Source: Candidatus Moraniibacteriota bacterium
Lineage (GTDB): Bacteria > Patescibacteriota > Minisyncoccia > Moranbacterales > UBA1568
NCBI GenBank assembly: GCA_023261645.1
Contig: JAHFOO010000001.1
Coordinates: forward strand, 67,871-131,870
DNA: 64,000 nt
Direction: 5' to 3'
Shown: positions 17,563 through 28,259 of the stretch, in pieces
Layout of the letters: each line of letters opens with the position of its first letter
How positions within the stretch are numbered: the first letter of the stretch is position 1
Program-made: the position numbers and the translations under genes
The notes under the pieces: generated by a model
The model's database searches: none
What the model was told of the DNA's origin: nothing
What the model saw: only the letters and a program-made list of their open reading frames with translations

Positions 17563-19197
17563 CTAAAATAAAAGGAAGACTATAATAAGTCCGTAGGCGA
17601 CGAGGATGGGGATAGTGATGCCGGGGAGTTTGCGGTATGCGAAGAAAGAATCCTCTTTATCTGTTCCTTTCTGTATGATCCAGAAGGCGAGACTACCGAA
17701 GAAAAGTGCCGGTATGAAAAGTATTCGAGCATTGAGAAGAAGCGGACTCCACACATACAGAAGAAACGTCAGACTTCCGATGAGGAGCTGTGCTTTCTTG
17801 GCTCCGAGGATGACAGGAACAGTAAAAACGCTGTCTCTCTTGTCACCGGCGATATCTTTGAAATCTTTGATAGGAAGACAGAGGGCGTACGCGGTAAAAA
17901 GATAGAAAAGAAGAGAGAGGGGAAAATCGCTCAGATTGCCGTTTGGAGAAACGGCAAGAAAGCCGGCGATGAGAACGAGTATGCCGGCGAAAGCGGCGAG
18001 TATCGTGGCAACGAGAGGGAAGCGTTTGAGCCTGAGAGGAGGAGCCGAGTAGATCCAAGCGACGGCTTGGTATCCGAGGAGAAGCAACATCGCAGAGAAA
18101 CTCATAATGCCGGAAAAAATGAGTGAAGTGATGAAAAAGAGGATACCAAAAGTCCTGTAGAGATGTTCCGGAATGGTATTTTCGATGAGCGGTCGGGTCT
18201 TGTTGGTGATGGTATCGATATTTTTGTCGAAGCAGTCATTTCCTATCACGGAGGCTATCCAGGTGCTTTCGACGGCGATGAGGAGGACGATGGCGCCTGC
18301 AATATGGAAAAAATCGAAGCGCAGCGGCGCGTCTGTGAAGAGAAATGCCAGCGCCATACCGATGAAGAGGAGTCCGCCATGGTAGATGAGCTGTGGCAAG
18401 CGGGTATTCTTCCAGAGTGCGATGAAATACTTCGGATATTCGCGCCAGAGTATGAACCCTGTCAATACAAGAGCGAGTATTCCGTAGACGATACTCATTT
18501 TGACATTCAGTACGCTACGGAAATCTGTCAGACTGCGTGCAAAAATATTTTCCGGAGTAAGGAAGAGTCCGGCTACATCATTGGCGCTGATGGCGAGAAA
18601 ACTTTTCTGAAATGAGAGGATGCCGAGCGTGATCCAGGCAGGGAATGTACCGAGAATGAAAAGAATGGTATAGGCGAGAAGAGAAACGATGAGCGCTTTT
18701 TTGAGACGCTTTGATTTGATGTAGGTATAGAACCCGAGAGCGAGCGTGACGATGACGACTTCGACACGGACACCATACGTGATACCCATATCAGGATTGT
18801 TGCCGAACAGTGTCACGAATCGATGGAGGAGTCCGAAGAATCCATCAAATGCATAGAAACTCCAGAAATGACTGCCGTGGAAAATAGCATTGTCGATGAA
18901 AGGTGGCGTGAGAATGATGAGAAAACCGAAAAGGAGAACACTCACAGCCTTCTGAAAATTGATAGCGCCGGCATAGCGGACAAGGAAGATCAAGAGGAGG
19001 AACGAACACAAGAAGAAGAGGAACGTATGCGTGAACTCGAAGAAGAAAAAGAAAAAAGTGTGTTCTTGGAAAAGTCCCAACGTGTTTTCGATGAGAAGAC
19101 GAGTGATGATGAGGGCGAAAAAAGCTATCACAAAAGAAGTGAGCGTTATCGGTGCGTCCTCGATAGTTTTTATACTGCGCGATAGGAGATGTTTCAT
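17563..19197 (-). CDS. polytopic membrane protein with C-terminal UbiA-family prenyltransferase-like domain
   Basis: About 14 predicted TM helices. C-terminal DFKDIAGDKRD…TVPVILG resembles the second Asp-rich motif of UbiA prenyltransferases. Confidence 0.5.
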   Translation of the reverse strand: MKHLLSRSIKTIEDAPITLTSFVIAFFALIITRLLIENTLGLFQEHTFFFFFFEFTHTFLFFLCSFLLLIFLVRYAGAINFQKAVSVLLFGFLIILTPPFIDNAIFHGSHFWSFYAFDGFFGLLHRFVTLFGNNPDMGITYGVRVEVVIVTLALGFYTYIKSKRLKKALIVSLLAYTILFILGTFPAWITLGILSFQKSFLAISANDVAGLFLTPENIFARSLTDFRSVLNVKMSIVYGILALVLTGFILWREYPKYFIALWKNTRLPQLIYHGGLLFIGMALAFLFTDAPLRFDFFHIAGAIVLLIAVESTWIASVIGNDCFDKNIDTITNKTRPLIENTIPEHLYRTFGILFFITSLIFSGIMSFSAMLLLLGYQAVAWIYSAPPLRLKRFPLVATILAAFAGILVLIAGFLAVSPNGNLSDFPLSLLFYLFTAYALCLPIKDFKDIAGDKRDSVFTVPVILGAKKAQLLIGSLTFLLYVWSPLLLNARILFIPALFFGSLAFWIIQKGTDKEDSFFAYRKLPGITIPILVAYGLIIVFLLF

Positions 19198-19288
19198 ATG
19201 ACTTTATGATAGCATATTCAGAGAATAGAGTGTTCTTGGAAATTATGCTAAAATGACACAGTTATAGAAGATTGAGAAGAGAGAAAAT

Positions 19289-21541
19289 ATGAAATTTTGG
19301 GAAAAAGGGTTGAATCCAGAGCAATTACGAGCCGTCCTTCAGACAGAAGGGCCGGTTTTGATATTGGCTGGAGCCGGATCGGGCAAGACGAAAACGCTGA
19401 CGCATCGTATCGCCTATCTCATCGATGAGAAGAAAATATCGCCGAATGCCATTCTTGCGGTGACATTTACCAACAAGGCAGCAGGAGAGATGCGAGAACG
19501 TATCGAGAGATTGTTGACACAAAGCGAGGCTGCAGAATTTGGAGGAGTGGAACTCCCTCAATATATAGGAACATTTCACAACATCTGTTGTCGTATCCTA
19601 CGTCGCGAGATCGAGGTGCTCGGGTATGGAAAAAGTTTCAATATTCTCGACAGTCAGGATCAGGAATCGACGATCAAGAAAGCGATGAAGGAACTTGAAA
19701 TCAATCCTGATCAGATGCGACCGAGGGCCATCCTCGACGCCATCTCACGTGCCAAGAATGCCTTCATTGATGCGGATCAATTCACTCTCCAGGCCGGGAG
19801 TTATTTCGAAGAAACGATTGCCAAAGTATTCAGTCGGTATCAGCAAGAATTGAAACGGACCAATGCCCTCGATTTCGATGATTTGATCATGCTCACTGTC
19901 AAGTTGTTTCAGGAACATCCCGAGGTACTCGAAAAATACCAGAAAATTTTCCAGTACATTATGGTAGACGAATATCAGGACACAAACTATCCGCAGTATC
20001 TGCTCGTCCACTTGCTCGCAAAAAAACACAACAATATCTTCGTGATCGGCGATGATTACCAATCGATTTACGGCTGGCGTCAAGCGGATATCAAAAATAT
20101 TCTCAACTTCGAGAAGGACTATGCTGATGCGACGGTCATCACGCTCGATCGGAATTATCGTTCGACACAAATCATCCTTGATGCGGCAGATGGCATCATC
20201 TCCAAGAATGTGAATCAGCGTCATAAGAAATTATGGACGGATATCAAGGTTGGGGAATTGATTACGCTCTGCCCTGCCGAAGATGAAGAGGCTGAAGCGC
20301 GTTTCGTCGCGGAAACTATTGCCAAGGAACATTCTGCATCGAGGCCATATAGTCACTTCGCTGTTCTGTATCGAACCAATGCTCAGTCGCGCATCATTGA
20401 AGAGATGTTCCTCCGTCACTCTATCGATTATCGTGTCGTTGGAGGACTGAAATTCTACCAACGGAAAGAAGTCAAGGATATGATCGCATATGTCAGGCTT
20501 CTCGAAAATCCACGCGATATATTGGCACTCGAAAGAATCATCAATGAACCGAAACGCGGACTAGGCAAAGCGACACTGGATAAATGGATAGCGTTCGGAC
20601 GAGAAAACGGACTCGACCTTCTTGATGCCGGATACGAGATGACGTTCGAAAAAAGTGGACTGCGTGAAGTGAAAATAAAATCCATCAGAGATTTTGTGGA
20701 CATTTTCCTCGAATTGCGGGCAGAGATGGATCGTCGGAGTGATATGCTTTTTCCGGAATTACTCGATAAGATCAGCAAAGAAAGCGGATATTTGAGCAGT
20801 CTCGATGACGGGACAGCCGAAGGAGAAACGCGCCAAGAGAACGTGAAGGAACTCCTTTCTGTCGCCAAGAAATACGGCGATATCAGTCTCTCGGAAGCGC
20901 TCCATCGTTTTCTCGAGGAAGTATCGCTCTCTTCCGATACGGATGGAATAAACCAGGAAAGCGACGTCGTGCATATGATGACGGTACACAGTTCCAAGGG
21001 ACTCGAATTTCCTTTCGTGTTTATGTTGGGATTGGAAGAGGGGATCTTCCCGCATTCCAGAAGTGCTCTTTCTCCTACTGAAATGGAAGAAGAACGACGT
21101 TTGATGTATGTCGGTATCACGCGTGCCAAAGAGAAAGTACATCTTCTCTACGCCGAACAGCGTATGATTTTCGGTTCGACGCAGGTCAATCCGCCCTCAC
21201 GTTTTCTCCAGGAGATTCCTTCTCATCTGATCGAAGAATTGGAACGTGTCTCATCGGGGATGCTCGGTAAGAGACATTTCCAGAAATCATTCCATCGTTT
21301 TCCGACGGTATCAAAGAAAGGTTCCCTTTCGAATACTGAGAGCAAAGAAAATGCTTCCGAAAGAAATGAGAATATCAAACCGCTCGGCGTGGATGATGTC
21401 CGACCGGGCGATATGGTGGAGCATCCACAATTCGGAGGAGGACTCATTGTTTCCATCTCAGGAACGCTCGCAACCATCGCATTCAAACGCTCCGGCGTGA
21501 AGAAAATGATGCTCGGTGTCGCACCTTTGAAGAAATTGTAA
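19289..21541 (+). CDS. pcrA: ATP-dependent DNA helicase PcrA/UvrD
   Basis: LNPEQLRAV, AGAGSGKT, TFTNKAA, DEYQDTN and VGDDYQSIYGWR motifs. Confidence 0.9.
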   Translation: MKFWEKGLNPEQLRAVLQTEGPVLILAGAGSGKTKTLTHRIAYLIDEKKISPNAILAVTFTNKAAGEMRERIERLLTQSEAAEFGGVELPQYIGTFHNICCRILRREIEVLGYGKSFNILDSQDQESTIKKAMKELEINPDQMRPRAILDAISRAKNAFIDADQFTLQAGSYFEETIAKVFSRYQQELKRTNALDFDDLIMLTVKLFQEHPEVLEKYQKIFQYIMVDEYQDTNYPQYLLVHLLAKKHNNIFVIGDDYQSIYGWRQADIKNILNFEKDYADATVITLDRNYRSTQIILDAADGIISKNVNQRHKKLWTDIKVGELITLCPAEDEEAEARFVAETIAKEHSASRPYSHFAVLYRTNAQSRIIEEMFLRHSIDYRVVGGLKFYQRKEVKDMIAYVRLLENPRDILALERIINEPKRGLGKATLDKWIAFGRENGLDLLDAGYEMTFEKSGLREVKIKSIRDFVDIFLELRAEMDRRSDMLFPELLDKISKESGYLSSLDDGTAEGETRQENVKELLSVAKKYGDISLSEALHRFLEEVSLSSDTDGINQESDVVHMMTVHSSKGLEFPFVFMLGLEEGIFPHSRSALSPTEMEEERRLMYVGITRAKEKVHLLYAEQRMIFGSTQVNPPSRFLQEIPSHLIEELERVSSGMLGKRHFQKSFHRFPTVSKKGSLSNTESKENASERNENIKPLGVDDVRPGDMVEHPQFGGGLIVSISGTLATIAFKRSGVKKMMLGVAPLKKL

Positions 21542-21584
21542 ACAGATAACAGTTAACAAAAAACAGTTAGTAAAGAAATATGTC

Positions 21585-21618
21585 TTAAAAAACAAACTTG
21601 AAAGAGTTTGTTTTTTGT
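21585..21618. terminator. bidirectional intrinsic terminator between pcrA and xerD
   Basis: A-run, AAACAAACT-tgaaag-AGTTTGTTT, T-run. Confidence 0.6.
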
Positions 21619-21625
21619 TGACTGT

Positions 21626-22597
21626 TCATTGTTCATTGTCAGCTGACTTCTTTTTTCGTTTCGCATGAAAAGACTGGTGGACCTCTTTCAGGCGCTCGTT
21701 GGTGATGTGAGTATAGATCTGTGTCGTGGTGATAGAGGAATGACCGAGCATCGATTGGACTGACCTTATATCGGCACCATTGATGAGAAGATCGGTAGCG
21801 AAACTGTGACGGAGGGTATGAGGATGGACATCTTTCACGATGCCGGCTTTCTTGGCATAGTATTTGACGAGGCGTTCGACGCTCCGTACTGTGAGGCGAT
21901 TACTCTCTCTTTTGGCTCCCTGCTTGTTCATCAATCCTTTCTTCCTGTAAGCGATGAAGAGAGCCGGATCGACATCGGAACGTGTGTCGAGGTATTTTTT
22001 GAGAGCATTTTTCGCATCAGGCGAGATGAAAACGATACGCAGTTTGTCACCTTTGCCACGGACGCTGAATTCCTCTTTGTCGAGATTGATGTGATAGCGA
22101 TCGAGATTGACGAGTTCCGAAACACGAAGTCCGGCAGAGAAGAAGAGTTCGAGAATGGCTCTATCGCGGAATGATTTTTCGGTGGTTCCGACGGTAGCCT
22201 GTATCAGGCTTTCTACCTCCGCATATTCGAGGAAATCAACCTGACGGTCAGGAGATTTTCCTACCTCTATTTTTTCAGCGGCGAGAGTCGGAACATCTTG
22301 TTTGGCGAGATATTTAAGGAACGTCCGAAGGACGATGGCTTGGTAGGACTGAGTTACTTTCTTCAAAGAAGATCCGCTTCGAGTCATCTTGCGGTTGAGA
22401 TAGAGACGATACTCCCTCACTTTTTCAGCGGTGATATCGGCCGGAGTTCGGATATTTCCCCACTCGAAGAAGTATGAGAGGGTTCTCGCATAGCTGTCGA
22501 GCGTCCGTTTGGAGCGGCTCATTTCTATCTCCAAGTGGTCGCAGAAACGCTTTGCTAGAGCCTCTATTTCATTTTTTGGTTTTTCGAATGGACGCAT
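21626..22597 (-). CDS. xerD: tyrosine recombinase XerC/XerD family
   Basis: C-terminal HPHTLRHSFATDLLINGADIRSVQSMLGHSSITTTQIYTH. Start taken at MRPFEK. Confidence 0.85.
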   Translation of the reverse strand: MRPFEKPKNEIEALAKRFCDHLEIEMSRSKRTLDSYARTLSYFFEWGNIRTPADITAEKVREYRLYLNRKMTRSGSSLKKVTQSYQAIVLRTFLKYLAKQDVPTLAAEKIEVGKSPDRQVDFLEYAEVESLIQATVGTTEKSFRDRAILELFFSAGLRVSELVNLDRYHINLDKEEFSVRGKGDKLRIVFISPDAKNALKKYLDTRSDVDPALFIAYRKKGLMNKQGAKRESNRLTVRSVERLVKYYAKKAGIVKDVHPHTLRHSFATDLLINGADIRSVQSMLGHSSITTTQIYTHITNERLKEVHQSFHAKRKKKSADNEQ

Positions 22598-22782
22598 AAT
22601 AGGGAAATTGCGTTTCAAGGGAGAATTAGGACAGGAACAAGGAAAGTATAACATATCTAATCTGAAAAAATGTAGAAATAAGTGGAAACTTTAAAAAGCT
22701 TTATTTGAAGCAAAATATTCTTTTATCAACACATAATATGCTTTATACAAGCCATAATTATTGATTTTTCTGTCTTTTCTTA

Positions 22783-22811
22783 TTGACTCTGTGCTGGTTA
22801 CAAGGTATACT
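22783..22811 (+). promoter_or_regulatory. near-consensus sigma70 promoter TTGACT-17-TATACT
   Basis: Sequence match, upstream of the CHAP hydrolase gene. Confidence 0.5.
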
Positions 22812-22876
22812 GAATTCTGTAAAAATTAGGATAAATTCTTGATGGACATCTTTCTCTGGTTTCATCCAGAACAGTT

Positions 22877-24208
22877 GTGCCTAGGGCATTGTATCAATTG
22901 AAAGGCGAGAGTTTTATACATACAAAATCTCCACTCTCTTTTTTGAAAGCTTGCTTTTCAGCGAGTAAAAGACGTATCCGGTCTTTGTTCTTTCATACCC
23001 GTAAAACAGAAGAGAAAAAGGATATACGTACTCGTCTGAAGGATCTGCATACGAGTGTGCATCATTCTCAGACACGTTTCTTGCAATTCATCAAGGAGTT
23101 TTCCGGTTACCGCGTGGTACGGGTTTTCCGCAATTACTCGGCTTTTTCTATTGTCGCTTCGAGTACGCTCCTCGTCTCGGCGAGCAATTTCACTCAAGGA
23201 AAAGACTCCAACAGTCTGCTTCTCGGCTATGTGAATGGCAGTACATCAAGCGAGCAGTCATCCTCTGCAAAACATCGTATCGCCGCTCAGACGAGCAAGA
23301 AAGAGAACCTCTCTCTCGTACCGCTCTTGAGTACGACGGGGGCTATTGACCCGAGTCAGAAAGACGAGACTTCACTTCTCGATATGCAAGGGCAAACCAT
23401 CTCGAATCAGATGATGCTTTCTTCTCAAACGAGCTCTATCGCGCGTGATCCACAGGAGGATGGCGGTGTGAAGATCTATACGGTTGAATCAGGAGATACG
23501 GTGAGTGGTATTGCTACCAAAAACAGTATCACTGTCAATACAATATTGTGGGCGAACGATTTGAGTAATGTCGATCAGATCAAACCTGGTGATCAGATTT
23601 TCATTCTGCCGGTTGCCGGTATCTCATACGTGGTGAAACAGGGAGACAGCATCGAAAGTATCGCCGGGACATTCAAGGCAGACAAGGACAAAATCATCGC
23701 TTACAACGGATTGCCGGCCAATGGTGAGATTGAGGCAGGTGATGTCATTATCATTCCGGATGGGAAGAAAGAAGAAGCGATAAAACCAACCCCGACAACT
23801 CCAGCCGGTACACTTGAAAGGCGCCAGTATGCCACTCCATCAGGAGGGACAGCCACCGATATTTCTTCCGATTTCCGCACATTGGGTGGCAAGGCAGGTA
23901 CAGGACATCGCTTTCCGTATGGGTATTGTACGTGGTACGTGGCTTCGAAACGCTATGTTCCGTGGGGTGGAAATGCCGGTACATGGCTCTACAATGCCAA
24001 AGCTTCGGGATACAAGACCGGACGGGCACCGGCTGTTGGGGCTATTATGGTCACCACAGAGAATCGTTTTTATGGACACGTGGCTATCGTGGAGAAGGTG
24101 AGCGGGGATACGATTACGGTGAGCGAAATGAACTACACCGGATGGGCGAGAACGGATCGTCGCACCCTCTCTGCCAGCAGTCGTTTCATCAAAGGATTCA
24201 TCTATTAA
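22877..24208 (+). CDS. secreted peptidoglycan hydrolase: LysM-LysM-CHAP
   Basis: Two LysM repeats (YTVESGDTVSGIA…, YVVKQGDSIESIA…). CHAP domain with Cys (YGYCTWYVA) and His (GHVAIVEKV). True start uncertain; a GTG near 23116 gives a signal peptide. Confidence 0.75.
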   Translation: MPRALYQLKGESFIHTKSPLSFLKACFSASKRRIRSLFFHTRKTEEKKDIRTRLKDLHTSVHHSQTRFLQFIKEFSGYRVVRVFRNYSAFSIVASSTLLVSASNFTQGKDSNSLLLGYVNGSTSSEQSSSAKHRIAAQTSKKENLSLVPLLSTTGAIDPSQKDETSLLDMQGQTISNQMMLSSQTSSIARDPQEDGGVKIYTVESGDTVSGIATKNSITVNTILWANDLSNVDQIKPGDQIFILPVAGISYVVKQGDSIESIAGTFKADKDKIIAYNGLPANGEIEAGDVIIIPDGKKEEAIKPTPTTPAGTLERRQYATPSGGTATDISSDFRTLGGKAGTGHRFPYGYCTWYVASKRYVPWGGNAGTWLYNAKASGYKTGRAPAVGAIMVTTENRFYGHVAIVEKVSGDTITVSEMNYTGWARTDRRTLSASSRFIKGFIY

Positions 24209-24397
24209 ACAGTCAACAAATAGCAGACGACAATAAACAAAGGTAAGTTCGAAAGAGCTTATCTTTTTTTCATCATTTTTTGTTTTTCGTTTCCTATTTG
24301 TTTGTTATTCTCCGTTGATTGTTGACTGTTTTCTGTTTATTGTTTTTTTGTCATTCTTTGTTATCTGTTGACTGTTTATTGTTTATTGTTATCTGTT
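24208..24397. repeat. AT-rich iteron-like repeats (TTGTTGACTGTT x2 plus its reverse complement; TTGTTATCTGTT x2)
   Basis: AACAGTCAACAA 24208-24219. TTGTTGACTGTT 24319-24330 and 24366-24376 (11/12). TTGTTATCTGTT 24358-24369 and 24386-24397. Related motifs at 21541-21626. Confidence 0.5.
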
Positions 24398-24451
24398 ATT
24401 TGTGGTATACTATCATCAGATAATTCTTTCTCTCTGTTATTCGAGAGCAGT

Positions 24452-26395
24452 ATGTTTTTCACGGCAAAAAACAGAAAAAAAAATCTGACATTCTTGTTCG
24501 TAGCGCTCTTTCTTTTTTCAGGAGTGATTTTTGCTTTTTCTGATGTGCATTCTGCACATGCCCTTCCTTTTTCTACAGTGACTGATCGTGGTGACTGTGT
24601 TCCTTTTAGCAAGGGGTTTGTCGATTGTTGGAATTCAGGGGGTGAAATTTCGAATGGTGGCGATAATATTGTTGTCGTTGGGTTTAAGTGGCTCCTTTAT
24701 ATGGTTTTCGTAATGTTCGGATTGCTGGCATCGCTGGCACTGACTATTTTCGAATGGGCGATAAAACCGGAGAATGTTACTTTGTTCTTTGGTAACCCAG
24801 GGGTGTATGAATCGTGGAAATTCGTGCGGGATTTCTTCAATCTTTTCTTTATTCTTGTTTTGCTCTACATAGCCTTCTCGGTGGTTTTCCAGATCGAGAA
24901 AAATTTCAAGAAAACCATCCTGAGCCTGGTCTTGGCCGCTCTCTTCGTGAACTTCAGTTATCCTGTATCGCGCGCCTTGATCGATATGACCAATGTGCCG
25001 ATGTATTTCTTCACCAATCAGATGACAGCGAGAGATGGGAAAAGTGGAACAGATATATTTGGCCAGACACTGACAGCTTCACATCTCGAGGGAGTGTTGC
25101 TTCCACAGAAAGGAAATAGCGATATATCGCGCCTCTTGATGGCGATTGTGTTTATTTTTCTTTTCTCTGTGACGCTACTTGTATTGTCGGTGATGTTTAT
25201 GATTCGGTTGGTAGCACTGGTAGTACTTGTCATATTTTCATCGGTGGGATTCGTGGCGTCTATCATTCCTGGGCTCAAGACTTATTCCGGTATGTGGTGG
25301 GACAATTTCTGGAAATACGCATTCTTTGGTCCGGCGGCGATGTTGATGCTTCTCATAGCAACGCGTCTTTTTTCCGCGCTGGGTGATGGCAGTGCAATCG
25401 AAAAAAGTATGACAGCTGTTGCATCAGGTACCGTAGTTATAGAGCCAACATTCATTTCTTCGATGGCACTCTTCACCATTCCGATCATTATGCTCTGGAT
25501 GGCGATGGGCTTGGCACAGAAGATGTCTCTCGCGGGAGCAGGTTACGTCGTCGGTAAGGGTAAGCAGTTTTCCCTCTGGGCCGGAGGTAAAGCGAGCGGA
25601 TATAATGCATTGAAACGTAATTACGCTTCATACGAAGCTACGAGAAAGAAGCGTGCTGAAGAGAAGAATAAAAACAATTTCGGATCAAGACTCGGTGCTG
25701 GTCTCAATAAGAAACAGGATACGATCTATGGGGCAACCGGTCTCCCTGGAAGTAAGGCAGCAAATCAGCGAGTGAAGGATGCAGAAAACAAAGAGATTTA
25801 CGAAAAAGCAGAAGCAAACAAGAAAAACGGAGTGAGTGATCCTGAGTTAAGAGTCCAACTTCATAGTGGTGATAAAATTAAAGCTGCTGCTGCGGCGATT
25901 TCTCTCTCTGAACTAGGGGCTATTAATTCAGCTAATGATTTTTCAACGGCCTTGAAGGCTCTCGGAAATAATACAAAAGAAGTTACAGCACTTATCGAAA
26001 AGGCAAGTGGGGGCGCTGTTGGTGGTTTGAGTGGAGTTCAATATGGAGATGTCATGAATTCTGCTGCTCTGAGTGGCAATGTAAATCTGCAGAAAAAATT
26101 TGAATCTAAGGTGAAGAAAGAAGGGGGTGCGAAAGCAGTTGTTGAATATAAAGTAAGTCAGGCACCAGGTGGGGCAACGCCGGTGAACCAACAGACTGCT
26201 GTCAATGAGGTACTCCTATCCATGAGATCACATAAAGACGTTGCTGCTTCTGAGAGTCTTTTTGCTGATCCGACATATGGAGCACACGCCGTTGCATATG
26301 TGAAGGATCGGACAAAAACCACGGCAGAACGTGAACAAGCTATTAGAAAGGCTTCTGCAGAAGATGGCACGTCAGTCGGTGGGATGATTCCTTAA
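24452..26395 (+). CDS. polytopic membrane protein, VirB6/TrbL-like (putative T4SS channel component)
   Basis: Signal peptide, at least 6 TM helices, Lys/Ala-rich hydrophilic C-terminal tail. Position next to PrgI-like and VirB4 genes. Confidence 0.45.
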   Translation: MFFTAKNRKKNLTFLFVALFLFSGVIFAFSDVHSAHALPFSTVTDRGDCVPFSKGFVDCWNSGGEISNGGDNIVVVGFKWLLYMVFVMFGLLASLALTIFEWAIKPENVTLFFGNPGVYESWKFVRDFFNLFFILVLLYIAFSVVFQIEKNFKKTILSLVLAALFVNFSYPVSRALIDMTNVPMYFFTNQMTARDGKSGTDIFGQTLTASHLEGVLLPQKGNSDISRLLMAIVFIFLFSVTLLVLSVMFMIRLVALVVLVIFSSVGFVASIIPGLKTYSGMWWDNFWKYAFFGPAAMLMLLIATRLFSALGDGSAIEKSMTAVASGTVVIEPTFISSMALFTIPIIMLWMAMGLAQKMSLAGAGYVVGKGKQFSLWAGGKASGYNALKRNYASYEATRKKRAEEKNKNNFGSRLGAGLNKKQDTIYGATGLPGSKAANQRVKDAENKEIYEKAEANKKNGVSDPELRVQLHSGDKIKAAAAAISLSELGAINSANDFSTALKALGNNTKEVTALIEKASGGAVGGLSGVQYGDVMNSAALSGNVNLQKKFESKVKKEGGAKAVVEYKVSQAPGGATPVNQQTAVNEVLLSMRSHKDVAASESLFADPTYGAHAVAYVKDRTKTTAEREQAIRKASAEDGTSVGGMIP

Positions 26396-26422
26396 TCCCA
26401 CACACTTCGAGTCAAACAAATT

Positions 26423-27607
26423 ATGAATGAACAAATAAACAATACATTATTCTTCCCCATGCTCATCTCTGGTTTTGGGACAGCGGTTCCTATGACTAAA
26501 GAAGAGAATGTTGCTGTTTGGGCTACATATATGACGCTGTCTCAAACAAAGAGGAATCAAATTACGGCTTCCGAATTGCCTCGGAAGATAAAAGAGCTCC
26601 AGGATGCTTTTTATCTGTCTGAAACAGCCATCGGGAATGTCAGTTTGTTCATTCGGAAGATATTTTTCGGGGAGTTGACACTGCAGGAATGCGAGGCGAA
26701 AATCGGATCGATGCTCACAACGACGAATGGCGGAGACCCGAATCAGGCCCGAGCGATTGTGGAATTCATCCAGAAAGAAATCCTGACCATACAGCCGAAA
26801 CCGAGAGTGGAAGAATCAGAAGAAACAGAAGAAGATACAGCCGAGGAAGAAGAGAGAATGACCGTCAGCCTTCCGATACTTCAAGCCCTTTCGAAATATG
26901 AGAATCTCGGGAATCAGCTGATCACACAGGAACGCATCAAAATAAAAACACAAGGAGAGTCAGTTAGGCCGTCACTTCTCTATTGGCTGAAATACTATCG
27001 TGATGAGCTCGGTATCGGACAGCACAACAGCGTCGAACGGGGCGATTTCCTGTTTCGTTCTGAGAATGGCAAGCACCTTTCCTCGGAAGAACGCGAGCGC
27101 GTCAATCTTATCTTGAAATCCATCGAAGAGAACTTCCCTCTCACGATCGATACCAAACGACAAGAAATCGTTTTCCCTGCCAGCAATGCTTTCAGTGTAA
27201 CTTCGGCTGGTAGGTCCTCCCAAACTACTGAACAAAATATAGCAGGCAAGCCTGCTTTTCAAGGAGTCTCGGTACCTCCCATTCAGAGCAGTTTGGGGAG
27301 AGAAAGTCGCCAGGAAGCAAGTGGTATGCCGACTGTCGCCATACCGAGCGTCCATCTCGCTCCGAACCAGCGACAGACATTTTTCCATTCCATAGATCAG
27401 ACTGAAACGCCTCGTACGACGATACAGACGAACATTCCGCCTGAAATAGGAAATGATTCGCATAACAATTCAGGTGGGATGAGTTTTTCTTCCAGTCATA
27501 TGTTTCCCGCTGAGAAAGATGAAACGGAGCAGAAACCACAATCAGCACCGCACTTGTTCAATCCGTTCACTATTCATCCCGTGAGTCGTGAAGAAGACGA
27601 AAAATGA
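26423..27607 (+). CDS. hypothetical protein (394 aa) within the T4SS-like cluster
   Basis: ORF with an acidic low-complexity segment. No domain recognised. Confidence 0.4.
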   Translation: MNEQINNTLFFPMLISGFGTAVPMTKEENVAVWATYMTLSQTKRNQITASELPRKIKELQDAFYLSETAIGNVSLFIRKIFFGELTLQECEAKIGSMLTTTNGGDPNQARAIVEFIQKEILTIQPKPRVEESEETEEDTAEEEERMTVSLPILQALSKYENLGNQLITQERIKIKTQGESVRPSLLYWLKYYRDELGIGQHNSVERGDFLFRSENGKHLSSEERERVNLILKSIEENFPLTIDTKRQEIVFPASNAFSVTSAGRSSQTTEQNIAGKPAFQGVSVPPIQSSLGRESRQEASGMPTVAIPSVHLAPNQRQTFFHSIDQTETPRTTIQTNIPPEIGNDSHNNSGGMSFSSSHMFPAEKDETEQKPQSAPHLFNPFTIHPVSREEDEK

Positions 27608-27728
27608 TGAGCATGTTATAATGGAGTGGTCCTAGCCTTTCTTTTATCTTCACCCAGTGTAATTGCTCACTATATGAGCACCCGCAAGGCGGGATTACAC
27701 GGGGTAAATCTTTTATTCTCTCCAATCT

Positions 27729-28136
27729 ATGATGTTCAGTGTTCCACAATTCATCGATGTCGAGGACAAGATCGCCGGTCCGCTCACATGGAAACAACTC
27801 CTATGGATGATTGGGATGGGAGCAGTCTTACTTTTCTTCTTCAACCTTTTCGACACGCCACTCTTCATTATTTCTGCTATTCCGACAGTGCTTCTGTTTG
27901 CTGCTTTTGCTTTTTATAAACCTGATGGGTTTCCGCTCACGACATTCATTTTTTATGCCATACTCTTCCTCTTCCGTCCCAAGGTAGCCGTATGGGAACG
28001 GCCGGTCAATACCAGACCACTGGTCAAGGCACCCGAGAAGAAAAATGAAGACAGTATTGCGCAACCGAAAGAGATAAATGAAGAGAAGCTGAAAGAGTTG
28101 GCACGTATTTTGGACAGCAGAGGAACAAGCAGATGA
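27729..28136 (+). CDS. PrgI/VirB3-like small membrane protein
   Basis: MMFSVPQFIDVEDKIAGPLTWKQLLWMIGMG followed by two TM helices. Directly upstream of VirB4, as in Gram-positive conjugation loci. Confidence 0.5.
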   Translation: MMFSVPQFIDVEDKIAGPLTWKQLLWMIGMGAVLLFFFNLFDTPLFIISAIPTVLLFAAFAFYKPDGFPLTTFIFYAILFLFRPKVAVWERPVNTRPLVKAPEKKNEDSIAQPKEINEEKLKELARILDSRGTSR

Positions 28137-28259
28137 CAGTGTACAGTGAACAGATAACGAAAAAAGAAGAGGATGAGAGAAAATAAGTCAGAATAAAAAA
28201 GATCAAAGACAACCCTTCGACTGCGCTCAGGGCCTTCGGAAAATAAATAAAGAAACATA

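Noticed and set aside
24197-24420. CRISPR array
   Set aside because: The repeats are short (11-12 bp), irregularly spaced, in mixed orientations, without unique spacers of uniform length, and no cas genes are nearby.
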